64,000 nucleotides of DNA from Azolla caroliniana (taxonomy: Eukaryota > Plantae > Polypodiophyta), in assembly GCA_043228905.1 (NCBI GenBank), contig JBHGNT010000014.1, positions 14,322,001 to 14,386,000 on the forward strand, written 5' to 3'. The position numbers were made by a program, and so were the translations under genes. This document shows, piece after piece, positions 37,758 through 49,990 of this stretch. How positions within the stretch are numbered: the stretch's first letter is position 1; each line of letters starts with the position of its first letter. The notes under the pieces are model-generated. The model was given only the letters and a program-made list of their open reading frames with translations. It did no database searches and was not told the origin of the DNA.

Positions 37758-39489
37758 GGCGGCTTCACTTCTCTCTCTCTCTCTCTGTACAACTATCATA
37801 CAACTACTCTCTAACCTTACAAAATGATTGCCCTAAGTCATATTTATACTTATATGACTTTAAGACTATTTACAAATATAGCCTTTACAGGCACACCAGA
37901 AACATATTTGCATATTTGTCCCTGGATCCGGTTCACACCAGATCCTTCCGGATACCTCCCGGTCCGGTCCGGTTGCTGCATCCAATCCGGTTCCTTCCTT
38001 CGGCTCATCCGATCCGGCTCCTCTAGTTCTCATCCGGATTCCATCCGGAGGGACTGAATTCCCAACAACATATTTCTCTATTTCCTTGTTAATTAAACAT
38101 GTCACCCCTCCTTGTCCTCTTCTTTGTCTTGGATTTTTCTCCCATATCAAAGAGTGTACATTATAGTTTCCTAAACCTTGAATCCTTTGAGTATCATGCT
38201 CCCATATTTCAACAAGAAGTGTGATATATGAGTCATCGGTGAACTCCTCCATGCCAAATCCCCCAATTCCATGGGTATCCATTGCAATACCAAAAGCATA
38301 GTCGTAAAAGCCGTTCATAGACCATGTGTCCCTATTTGCCTACATTTCCATCTTTAGGCACATCCTTAACCTTATTTTTCGATCATTCTTCATATGCTTT
38401 ATGATGAGCATTTTGTTGTGAGATATTACAATTTTCACTCACAAAGCATTATGTAACTTTGAGGTATACCCAACTATTTTCGAGTATGATCCACCGCTTT
38501 GTATCATCTGTCATTGTGCATACAATAGGCCTTTCTCTGGAGCAAGTAACACCATGTTTCCCAACTCAATGTGCCCCATATACATCCACATCTGACATAC
38601 CATAATGCATGCTAAAAAAATTCACCAATGGCCTTTCCGAGGGATGCGGATGTTTCCATACTCTCTTCTTTAATCCCACAGACGACAATGTTCTCTTATC
38701 GTCATTCAGATTCTTTCAATTCTCAGACATCTATGCTTTCTATATTCTTATCTTGATGCATCACATGCATATTAGATCAGTTTGATAGCACATCCCCACC
38801 ACATACATCGGCCCATGACTTCATTGTACATACATTTTTCATCTCACTTACATCCCGCCTCATCGTGTCAAATTTTTCTGCTTCCTTTAACTCAATCTTG
38901 TTAAGGCACTCATTTGTCTCAAAAGAATCTCTTTTACATTCTTGAATCTCTTCTTCAAGTTTCGCAACCACTTGCTTAAGACTTTCATTCTCAATGACAA
39001 CAATTTGGAGCTTAGCATTCTCTTTCATTAATGTTCTAATCTCTTCACCTTGCTTGTTTATGGTTTCTTGAAGAGAAATCAAGTGACTCATAAGCATTTT
39101 GTCCATTGCATTAGAATCAAGATTTGTTGGTGATCTTGGCTCATTATCAATCATACCCCCGAACTTTGTGGTGCCTTTACGAGTGTTTGCCATTGTAGGG
39201 ACAAACCCTACGAGAAGAGAGAGAGGGAGGGAGGGAGGGAGAGAGAATGCACATTTCACTCGATTTAGGGCTTCAAAATCTACCTTGCATTTGAGGATCC
39301 ATGGGACAAATATGGTTGCAGATTAAAATGCTCATAACTTCTCATGACAGTAACGAAATTCAGTAATGAAAATTCCTTAGAAAGTTGTCTGAAAGAGCTT
39401 TCCAAAGAGCTATAGAACGTAGAAAACTATGTCAATGTGAACTTACAAAGAGCTTTCCAATGAGCTAGAGAGAGAATGAGTGAGTGAGT

Positions 39490-42400
39490 GAGTGAGTGAG
39501 AGAGAGAGAGAGAGAGAGAGCACACAACAAAACTGGTATTCAACAATTATAATCAACACTCTGTACATACACCGTGTTAAGTGAGCACTTTTTAACAAGC
39601 CATGACAAATGGGCTGACACAAGTACCATCAGTACTTGAATACTCATAAATGAGCCTGACACTAATTCTGCCTATAATATTCCTATTTACTATAATAGGA
39701 ATATAGGTCCCTAATGGCCTATCGGATTCCATCTGACTCGGCAATACCCCAGTACAACTCTGTTCGATTCGGCTCTCTGCTTCTTCAGCCGATTCAAACC
39801 TATTCGATCGGTCTTCAACCGATTCGGCTCTCTACTTCTTCTGCCGATTCAACCCATGTTTAACTTGTCTCTCAACACTCCCCTTCAAGCTCAACTTGAG
39901 GTCCCTTCGTGTCAGCTTTGGCTGCTTTGTCGCTCTAGCCTCCTCTCCTGACAACTTGACTCCTCACTCACGCTCCTTGTCTAGTCCAGTCCTGCGTCCC
40001 ACGACTCCTTTGGTCTGGCACTCCTCGACTCGTATGATCCCGTGCAACTCAACCGCTATAGTCGGCTTGTCTGTTGCCTTGGCCCTTCTCAGTTCCCTCA
40101 ATGTTGTAGTATTGGCGCCCCTCGACCCGTCGGCTCGTCCGTCTCGATGTTCGCTTCGGTTGCCTTCTATCAGAATATAGGAATATAGGTCCCTAACGAG
40201 CTAGGCCCTTCTTAGCTCCCTAACTGTTGCGTTATTTAATATAATAGGAATATAGGTCTCGAACAGCCTATCGGATTCCATTCGACTCAGCAATACCCGA
40301 ATCCAACTCTATCCAATTCGGCTCTTGGCTTCTTCAGCCGATTTAGGCCTATTCGATCGGTCTTCAACCGATTCGGCTACCGGCTTCTTCAGTCGTTTCG
40401 GTCCATGTTGAGCTTGTCTCTAAACACTCCCTCTCAAGCTCAACTTGAGGTCCCTTCGTGTCAGCTCTAGCTGCTTTGTAGCTGCATGATCCTCTCCTAG
40501 CGACCCGACGCCTCGTTCACGCTCCTTGTCTAGTCTGGTCCTGGTCCCACGACCCCTTCGGTCTGGCACTCCTCGGCTCATCGGGTTCCGTGCACCTCAA
40601 CCTCTAAAGTCGGCTTTTTTGTTGCCTTGGCCCTTCTCAGCTCCCTCACTGTTGTGGTATTGGCGCCCCTCGACCCGTCTACTCGTTCGTCTTGACGTTG
40701 GCTTCGGATGCCTTCTCATTCGAATATAGGAATATAGGTCCCTAACAGCCTATCGGATTTACTATAATAGGAATATAGTTCCCTAATAGCCATCACCCTT
40801 CTCAGCTCCCTCACTATTGCGGTATTTACTATAATAGGAATATACGTCCCTAACGGCCTATCAAATTCTATCCGACTCAGCAATACTCGAATCCAACTCT
40901 ATTCAATTCGGCTCTCAGCTTCTTCAGCCGATTCGGGCCTATTTGATCGGTCTTCAACCGATTCGGCCCATGTTGAGCGTGGTTGTCAACCCTCCCTTTC
41001 AAGCTCAACTTGAGGTCCCTACGTGTCAGCTTTGGCTGCTTTGTCACTCTAGCCTCCTCTCTTGGCAACTTGACTCCTCGTTCATGCTCCTTGTCTAGTC
41101 CGGTCCTGCATCCAACGACTCCTTTGGTCTGGCACACCTTGACTCGTCTGAGACTGTGCACCTCAACCTCTATAATCGGCTTGTCTGCTACCTTGGCCCT
41201 TCTCAGCTCTCTCAATGTTGTAGTATTGGCGCCCCTTGACCCTTCGGCTCAACCGTCTCGATGTTCGCTTCGGTTGCCTTCTCATCAGAATATAGGAATA
41301 TAGGTCCCTAACGAGCTAGGCCCTTCTTAGCTCCCTCACTGTTGCGTTATTTAATATAATAGGAATATAGGTCTCTAACAGCCTATCGGATTCCATTCAA
41401 CTCAGCAATACCCGAATCCAACTCTATCCAATTCGGCTCTCGGCTTCTTCAGCCGATTCAGGCCTATTCGATCGGTCTTCAACCGATTCGGCGGCCGTTT
41501 CTTCAACTGTTTCGGTCCATGTTGAGCTTGTCTCTAAACACTCCCTCTCAAGCTCAACTTGAGGTCCCTTCGTGTCAGCTCTGGCTGCTTTGTAGCTGCA
41601 TGTCCTCTCCAAACGACCCGATGCCTCGTTCAGGCTCCTTGTCTAGTCCCTTCCTACGTCCCACAACCCCTTCGGTCTGGCACTCCTCGACTTGTCTGGT
41701 CTTGTGTACCTCAACCTCTATAGTCAGCTTGTCTGCTGCCTTGACCCTTCCTAGCTCCCTCACTGTTGCGGTATTGGTGCCCCTCGACTTGTCGGCTCGT
41801 CCGTCTCGGCGTTGGCTTTGGCTGCCTTCTCGTCCACTTGGCCTTTGTGCCATTCGGCTTGTCCAAATCACCTTCCTTAATCAAACGGAGTACTTCCGAT
41901 TCATTCCAGCTCTTGTCTGAATTGGCTATCTCCAATCTGTCCTCCTTCAGACCCCTGACCACGTCTGCCCATGTCTTGGTCTTGGCCTTCACTTGGCCGG
42001 CTTTGTCCTGTTTTACTCTGCAGCCTCTCTAGACTTTACCTCCCCTTGGTTCTATGGGCTCTAGCTTCTGCTCTCTCTTTCGACCGCTCCCCCTACATGT
42101 GGCTAGTCTTTGCTTAGCTGATCTTCTTCCATCTGTCCATGCATCCTTGGCTTCTCTAGCCGATTCGGACGTTCTGACTTCTACAGTCATGCCAACATCG
42201 AATTCGTCATCCGATTCAGCATTTCAGATTTCGTCTCTCTCCTCCTTTCCGGCTTCACTCATCCCCCTTAAGTTCAGCATGTCAAGTTATTGTAAGCCAA
42301 GAATACTTGAAAAATGTCGCAATTTGTTTAGGCCAAGAGTTTTGGTGAAGATATCGGCAACCTGCCGATCAGTTGAAACATATACAAGTTCAACTTCACC

Positions 42401-43035
42401 ACAGAGGACTCGCTCACGGACGAAATGATATTGCACCTCAATGTGCTTTGTCTAAGCGTGGAAGACAGGGTTCTTCGTAAGTTCGATGTTGCTGAGGTTG
42501 TCGTTGTGTATCACTACCAGTTCATACACCTCCACCTGCAGATCCTTCAATACGCTTTTGAGCTAAATGGTTTTACACGTAGCAACAGCTGCCCCTCGAT
42601 ACTTGGCCTCAGTGCTCGATAGTGCCACTATCGATTGCTTTTTACTGCTCCAAGTGACTGTAGCGCTTCCCAATGAAAATGTCAATCTAGATGTTGACCT
42701 GGGATCGTCAGTATTTCTGGCCAAATCAGCATTCGTGTAGCCGACTAACTCCTCGGCTACTCCTGCCTAATACAACAACTTCCTATCCTTAGTGTTGCTG
42801 ACATACCACAATATCCTTTGCATGCACTGAAGGTGTTCGGCCTTTGGCTGAGACATGAATTGACTAATCAAGCCGACCGAATAACTAAGGTTCACCTGAG
42901 TGATCGTTAAATAAATGAGGCTTCCGACAATTTGTTGGAACCATGTCGGGTCACACACTGTTCCCGAACTTTGGCGAAGCTTAACGTTTCTATCCAGAGG
43001 GGTTGAGACGGATTTACAATCCACCGTCCCGAACG
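39490..43035 (-). mobile_element. 3' portion of an RLC5-like Copia: RT-RH 43035-42265, 3' UTR, amplified 3'UTR-PPT-U3 units, 3' LTR ~39490-39877
   Basis: QQIVGSLIYLT RT and ADIFTKTLG RH. The LTR is homologous to 33364-33814. Confidence 0.85.
39660..41830 (-). repeat. Tandem array of four ~550-bp units spanning the Copia 3'UTR, PPT and LTR start
   Basis: The PPT/LTR junction recurs at ~39877, 40426, 40990 and 41540. Confidence 0.88.
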
Positions 43036-44692
43036 TAGGAAGCTTTGGAGAAGGAAATGATCGTTTTGCAGTGCGTGAAACCATCAACACTGGAGGAAGT
43101 CAATGTCGGCACGATCAAGGAACCACGATCGAGAAACGTGGCAAAGGAGATGCCACCGGAGGAGAAAACGGCAATGGTTAGATTGCTAAAAGAATTTAAA
43201 GACATATTCGTCTGGTCGTATGAGGATATGAGGGGGTAGATCCAAAATTGTACCAACACCAAATCCACCTCAGTAAGGACGCAAAACCGGTAGCCCATTG
43301 ATGTGATCGGATGAACCCGAACTATGCACTAAAAGTCGAGGAGGAGATTGACAAATTGTTGAGAATCGGCTTTATCCGGCCGGTGAAGCATGTTACCGGC
43401 CGGCAAAGGAGTCCAGAGTGGGAAACGGAGAGTTATTTAAGTAGTAGGAATGTGGTTGTAATTAAGCTATGAGTGTGGACGGACCGACCGAAAACGGTAT
43501 GCCGTTCCGGATCCGGACTGATCCCGAACAGGTGCGGATGGCACCGTTTTGTAATACAGACCGGAGACCTATTTAAAGGCCCGGATACAATGTAATCAAT
43601 AGCGGTTAATTAATGAAAGCTTAAGCGTTGTTATCTCTCTGTGTTAATTGCCGTTCTATCTTAATTGTTATATCTTACGCGTGTGTTATGAAAGACGATC
43701 ATAATAAGTAACTTAATTAAGTAGGATAAAGCGTTGAGGAGATCCGGTTGCCGTAACACCCTTTGGGGAAGTGTCTTCCGTAGACACCCTGTGTTAGGCC
43801 ATTGTCCGGCTCTAAGAGTTAACACAGTTTTTGGCGACCACGATTCCAGTTTTTGCAGCGAACGACGGCACGGATGGATGTCTAGATCAACGCACGACCT
43901 GGTTACATATCGAACTCGACGCCTTGCCGAAAGGCAAAGGAGACGCGAGGCTTTCCAGCAAGCGGCGCAGGAAATTAGAGCGGATCGCTCGTTTTCTAAC
44001 GTAATCCGGAGAGTAGCGGAGGACTCCCTCTGGTTACAGCAAACATCGCACCCGGACGACGGCAGCAGCCTAAGCAGCCTCTGGGAAACCGAATCCCTTC
44101 TCCACGCGTTGGCAAACGGAGAAGGCAAAGCAAAAGCCTTTTCAACATATGAATCGGACTCTGAAGGGGAATACAGCGTGCACACGAACTACCGTAGCAG
44201 CAACGAAACCCCGAGCGGACCGGAGGACAAAGGATCAGATACCTTACCAACACCGGAACCGGAAGTGCTAACGTTGGAACCCCCGGAACCAGCAGAAGAG
44301 GAGAGACCTCCGTCACCAAAAGAAGAGGAAAAACCACCAACGCTGGAAACAAAAGAGGAAAAACCACCGACATCGGAAACAAATCGGGAAGGACCACTAT
44401 CATGATATGGCAAGACTCGAACCCATGACCTTAGGTTATATGGGTCGAGCTCTTGACCATTAGACCATCTATTGTAATACGTAGGATATTATTTTCATTT
44501 ATATTTTATTATAGGAAATTAGTGTATATTCCAGATTTCTCTGGAACATTCTAGAAGCTTCAGGATTACTCCTGAAAACACTATAAAAGAGGGCACTAGG
44601 CATTATGTTGAACCAAATTGGTTCAACGCCAGTCTTAAGCCTTTTAGCCACCGTTGTATATTCTCTTCATATAATAAATATCTTTCTTATCA

Positions 44693-44735
<43 letters not shown>

Positions 44736-44915
44736 CTCTCTGTCTCGCTCACTTCTTCCTTCTCTCGAAGAAGTTCCACACCTCTCATAGTACTAATCCT
44801 TCGTTTAGTACTAATTCCTTCTCTGTCTCAGTACTGTTCATGACAGTTTGAACCAAATTTCCCTTCTGTCTCTCTCATTTCCTACTAATCTTTTATTCCT
44901 CTTTTCTTTCATCCC

Positions 44916-46067
44916 ATGGCCACTGTTAGCGCTGAAGAATATCAATCTGTTTTCTCGGAATTTCAATGCTTGAAGGAGAAGTTCCATGCTTTGGAACAAG
45001 AAAACCAACGGTTGCTGGGGGATCTTCAGCAAATCTCCTTAGAAAAGCAGCAAACGCAACAACAGCATGGGGAATTTGCGTTACGCGTGCAACAACTCGA
45101 AGCCACCATCGTAGCGATGCAACAACATGGGCCCAGAACACAAGGGATTCATAAAGAACCTAAGATTGGCCTTCCCACGAAGTTCGATGGAACGCGATCG
45201 CAATTTAGAGGGTTCCTTAACCAGGTACGATTAGTTATTCAAATGCATCCTTCCCGATATCCCACCAATGCATCACGAGTGGGTTTAGTAGGCACTTTGT
45301 TAAGTGGCTCAGCGTTGTCATGGTTCGCTCCACTATTAGAAAAGGAATCTCCGTTACTCAACAATTTTGAAGAGTTTCTAGGTGAGTTTAAAGCATGTTT
45401 CGGAGATACTGACAGCATCAGGACCGCAATCAACAAAATCCGGCGATTACGCCAAGGTGACCGTCCAGCCTCCACATACGCTGCAGATTTTCGCCTACTC
45501 GCCGCCGATATCCCTTGGGATGATCAAGCGTTGATGGAGCAATTCGGTTATGGTTTACGCAACGACGTCAAGGATTTACTCTTGACCTTCCCGAAAGAGC
45601 CAAAGTCCTTAACAGAAGCAATCAGTCGCGCGGTGAGATGTGACAACCGCCTCTTTGAGCGACGTTCGGAACGACAGCTACAGATGCCGAGGGCAAGATC
45701 AGAGCCCACCTACGCCTCAGTGGTAGCAAGACCTTTTCCGAGGGAGTCATATAATGCGCCTCCAGCGAATACTCCGACTCCGATGGAGATTGACACTACA
45801 CGTCGTCGAGGGCCATTATCCGAAGAAGAAAAGCAGCGACGCCGTACAAATCGACTATGTCTTTACTGCGGTGGACCGGGACATATCGCAATAAATTGCC
45901 CCCATAGGCCAAGAAGACAGGTAAACCAAATAGTCACTAGTTCTAATTGTACTAAATCCGAGCCTATTTCAGTAGGGATATCTGATAGTCCTAATAGTAC
46001 TAATATCCCAAATCTAGCAAACAAATTTGATGTCCTTAGTCAGTTAGAAGAAGAGTTAAACGACTAA
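44916..46067 (+). CDS. gag: Gag (coiled coil, capsid, CCHC knuckle)
   Basis: Intact 383-aa ORF with PMEID and CLYCGGPGHIAINC. Confidence 0.92.
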   Translation: MATVSAEEYQSVFSEFQCLKEKFHALEQENQRLLGDLQQISLEKQQTQQQHGEFALRVQQLEATIVAMQQHGPRTQGIHKEPKIGLPTKFDGTRSQFRGFLNQVRLVIQMHPSRYPTNASRVGLVGTLLSGSALSWFAPLLEKESPLLNNFEEFLGEFKACFGDTDSIRTAINKIRRLRQGDRPASTYAADFRLLAADIPWDDQALMEQFGYGLRNDVKDLLLTFPKEPKSLTEAISRAVRCDNRLFERRSERQLQMPRARSEPTYASVVARPFPRESYNAPPANTPTPMEIDTTRRRGPLSEEEKQRRRTNRLCLYCGGPGHIAINCPHRPRRQVNQIVTSSNCTKSEPISVGISDSPNSTNIPNLANKFDVLSQLEEELND

Positions 46068-49000
46068 GTCCAGCCAAAATAGGAGCCGTTTGGTTGGACA
46101 GCCCTAGATCTGTGCAGCCCATTAGTGGTTCCATTCCCTCTAAGCAAGTTAGTGATGTGTTCGTAGCCCAAGTAATAGTTAGTACTAAAAGTACCCCTCC
46201 AGTACATGTCCTAGCACTCCTAGATTCCGGAGCTAACTCTTGCTTTATGGATAAGAAATTTTCTCAAGCTCATAAGATATCCCTAAGAAAACTCTAGTGT
46301 CCAGCCTCTATAGTAGTCATTGATGGACGTCCCATTGCTTCCGGAAATATCCTAGAAGAGTCAGAGCCCATTAATATTGTCCTAGATAACTTAGTATGTG
46401 TAGTATCATTTAATATTATTAGTATCCCAGAACATCCTATAGTTTTAGGACTACCGTGGTTCGAGTTACATAACCCTGACATAGATTGGAGAACAAGAGA
46501 AATCCGGTGTCGACAAACCCAAGGGTCAACTCAGAAGATGGCAACCATTTCGCTACGTCAGTTGCGTAAAGAAGGGCACAAGGAGGAAATGTTCCTCTTT
46601 GCAATATCAGTAAACCCCTCCAACACCACTAAAGAAGAATCCACCGTTCAACTTCCCGAGAAGTATCGTCATTACACCGATGTGTTCGATAAAGTACAAG
46701 CCAACACACTTCCTCATCATCGACCGTACGATTGCCCCATCGATTTACAACCGGGAAAAGAGCCACCATGGGGACCGATCTACAATTTGTCACCAACCGA
46801 GCTGGAAGTCCTTTGGGCCTATATAGAGGAGAATTTGGAAAATGGTTTCATTCGGCATTCGAAATCTCCAGCCGGTGCGCCCATTTTCTTCGTCAAGAAA
46901 AAAGATGGATCGCTTCGTCTCGTTGTAGATTACCGTGGTTTGAATAAGGTTACAATCAGGAATAGGTATGCTCTTCCCCTTATCTCAAGTCTTTTAGAAT
47001 GGATCAATGGTGCCAGGTTCTTCACGAAGATCGACTTACGGGGAGCATATAACCTCGTACGGATCCGACCAGGAGACGAATGGAAGACCGCGTTTCGCAC
47101 CAGATATGGGCACTTCGAGTATACTGTCATGCCGTTCGGCCTCACTAATGCACCGGCAGTCTTCCAGCACATGGCTAATGATATATTCCGAGATCTATTG
47201 GATGATTGTTTGATCATCTATTTGGATGATCTACTGGTTTATTCAAAGACCCAAGAAGAACACGATTCTCATGTACTATTAGTACTAAAACGACTTCGAG
47301 AACATGGTCTGTATGCAAAGCTAGAAAAATGTAGTTTCGGGTGCAACCAAGTGGAATTTCTCGGCTACATCATTTCGTCAGAAGGCATCTCCATGGACCC
47401 AGCTAAGGTCAAAACGGTGGTAGAATGGCGGACTCCGCATTCGGTACGGGATGTGCAATGCTTCTTAGGCTTTGCCAATTTTTACCGGAAGTTCATACAA
47501 GATTACTCAAAGATCGTTCTACCTCTCACACAACTTACCAGGAAGGGACAACCGTTCATCTGGTCTGAAGAAACGGACATGGCTTTCGAGAGTCTTAAAA
47601 AAGCATTTACATCGGCTCCAATTCTAGCTCATGTCGATCCGGAGAAACCATTCATTATCGAAGCTGACGCATCGGATTTTGCATTAGGGAGCATTCTGTC
47701 ACAACAGGGGAATGATGAAAAGCTACATCCTGTGGCTTTTCACTCACGCAAGTTTGATGCCGCCGAAATCAACTACGAAATTCATGATAAGGAGCTATTG
47801 GCAATAGTGGATTCTTTTATGCAATGGAGGCATTTTCTAGAGGGATCCTCTCATCCAGTCACCATATTTAGTGACCACAAGAATCTTGCCTACTTTCAGG
47901 ATGCTCGTGTGTTGAATCGACGTCAAGCTCGGTGGGCCCACTTCCTCACGCGTTTCGACTTCAAAATTACGTATCGTCCGGGGAGGCACCAAGGGAAGGC
48001 AGATGCATTATCACGGCGTTCGTATCTAGCACCCCGTCCCGGCGAGCCAGCTTTCGATAACCAAAAACAAGTCATCTTGGGACCGGCACGACTACAAGCA
48101 ACAAAAATCTTTGACATGCCTATGGATTCCCACGTTATCGATACCATACGTGAAGACTTGAAGGCAGATGCGTTCGCCCAAGCTATACTAGCACAAATTG
48201 ATCCCTCTCGAGCGTCGTGTTCACAGTCGCAACCACCAGGTACGGACTATCGGCAATTCAAATACCATGATGGATTACTCTTCTTTAAAGAACTTTTGTA
48301 TGTTCCTAATGGTTCTTGCCGCCTTCGAGTAGTACAAAACTGTCATGACACATATACAGCTGGGCATTTTGGTAGTACTAAAACATTACATTTAGTACAA
48401 CGATCATTCTGGTGGCCCTGTATGCGACAATTTGTCGAGGATTTTGTTCGGACTTGTGATACATGTTGCAGAGCAAAAATGCCAAGGCATCATCCATATG
48501 GTTTATTAGAACCATTACCAATTCCAAGCAAGCCGTGGCAATCCATTGCTCTAGACTTCATCACAGATCTTCCAGTCTCTAAGGGGTTCAATGCGATTCT
48601 AACGATGGTCGATCAATATACGAAGATGGCTCATTTCTTGCCATGTACTAAGGAGATCTCCAGTGAAGACACTGCCGAAATTGTCATGCGTGAAGTATGT
48701 CGGCATCATGGACTCCCCGATAGTATCATCAGCGACCGTGGACCCCAGTTCGTGTCAAAATTCTGGAAGCACCTTTTTAACATGCTCAAGGTCACTTGTA
48801 ACCTCTCTTACGGCTACCACCCACAAACTGACGGCCAAGCTGAACGAACAAATCAAACGTTGGAGCAGTATCTGCGGTGCTTTCTCAGCTATCATCAGGA
48901 CGACTGGGCAAATATTCTCCACTTCGCCGAATTTGCCTATAACAACTCTATCCACGCATCCACTAAAGTTACGCCATTTTATGCTTATACGGGATGTCAC

Positions 49001-49640
49001 CCCCGGTGGAGTGTACTTGAAACCCCAGAGGTGTCCACAAATCCGTGCGCGGAGGATCGTTTGGAGCGGTTACACAAGATACAAGCGGATTTATCTACTC
49101 ATCTCCAGCAAGCTCAACAAACACACAAGGTCTACGCGGATCGTCATCGACTTCCATCTAGTTTTAATATTGGAGATCGGGTGTGGCTGCTACGACGACA
49201 CATCAAGACTACTCGCCCATGTGAGAAGTTGGATTATCGACGATTAGGTCCTTTCCGTATTATTGGAAAGATTAATGATGTCGCTTTTCGTCTCGATCTA
49301 CCTCCTCAACTTCGGATACATCCGGTGTTTCATAGTTCTCTCTTCGAACCCTACCACAAGAGCACCATCCCAGAACGTCTTATCCAACCTCCACCCCGAT
49401 CGAGCTTGAAGATGGGCCAGAGTACGAGGTTGCCGCCATCCTTGATTCCAAGATTGTTCGCAACAAGCTCTACTATCTAGTCGATTGGCTAGGCTATAGT
49501 CCCAACAAACGTACTTGGGAACCGATCGAGAATGTAACCAATGCTCGTGCTCTTCTTGAAGACTTCCATCGTCAATATCCACACAAACCGGGTCCTCAAT
49601 CCAAGACGACTCGTGACACTCGTCGTTTTAAAGGGGGAAT
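46058..49640 (+). pseudogene. pol: Pol (PR-RT-RH-IN-chromodomain) in the -1 frame; stop at 46295-97 and frameshift just before the chromodomain (~49395)
   Basis: LLDSGANSCF, IYLDDLLVYS, IEADASDF, ALDFITDLP and GPFRI motifs. The alternative frame gives EYEVAAILDSKIVRNKLYYLVDWLGYSPNKRTWEP. Confidence 0.92.
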
Positions 49641-49937
49641 AGTGTCATGATATGGCAAGACTCGAACCCATGACCTTAGGTTATATGGGTCGAGCTCTTG
49701 ACCATTAGACCATCTATTGTAATACGTAGGATATTATTTTCATTTACATTTTATTATAGGAAATTAGTGTATATTCCAGATTTCTCTGGAACATTCTAGA
49801 AGCTTCAGGATTACTCCTGAAAACACTATAAAAGAGGGCACTAGGCATTATGTTGAACCAAATTGGTTCAACGCCAGTCTTAAGCCTTTTAGCCACCGTT
49901 GTATATTCTCTTCATATAATAAATATCTTTCTTATCA

Positions 49938-49990
<53 letters not shown>

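Larger units (their letters stand above)
22147..38067 (-). mobile_element. Tork/Tnt1-like Copia: 5' LTR 37285-38067, degenerate Met PBS ~37270-37281, gag 37259-36679 and 31866-31275, IN-RT 27489-25494, RT-RH 23148-22250, PPT, truncated 3' LTR 22147-22246
   Basis: MEESFGNMFKLTGSNYPVWK gag, WLVDSGA protease, YFVTFIDD integrase, QLDVKTTFLHG and LLLYVDDML RT, ALSTTEAEY RH. Reading frames rejoin across the insertions. Confidence 0.9.
12525..39245 (-). mobile_element. Decayed non-LTR retrotransposon (APE-RT LINE, RTE-X/L2-like by inference) split by insertions: ORF1/EN 38068-39193, EN-RT 20486-22146, RT tail/Zn finger 12590-13638, (TCTA)n-type tail ~12525-12560
   Basis: RT motifs CFVDFKKAFD, GVKQGCPLSPTLFGL, LLYANDV and FKYLG. 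EN motifs GGVTCLI and SDQRP. ORF1 has a coiled coil plus NIVVCGIKE. Removing 13639-20485 restores DKPCITYNNEPLERVESFKYLG. Confidence 0.85.

Noticed and set aside
44400-44472. Functional tRNA genes at the tRNA-like cassettes
   Set aside because: The acceptor and anticodon stems do not pair. Only the A/B boxes and their spacing remain.
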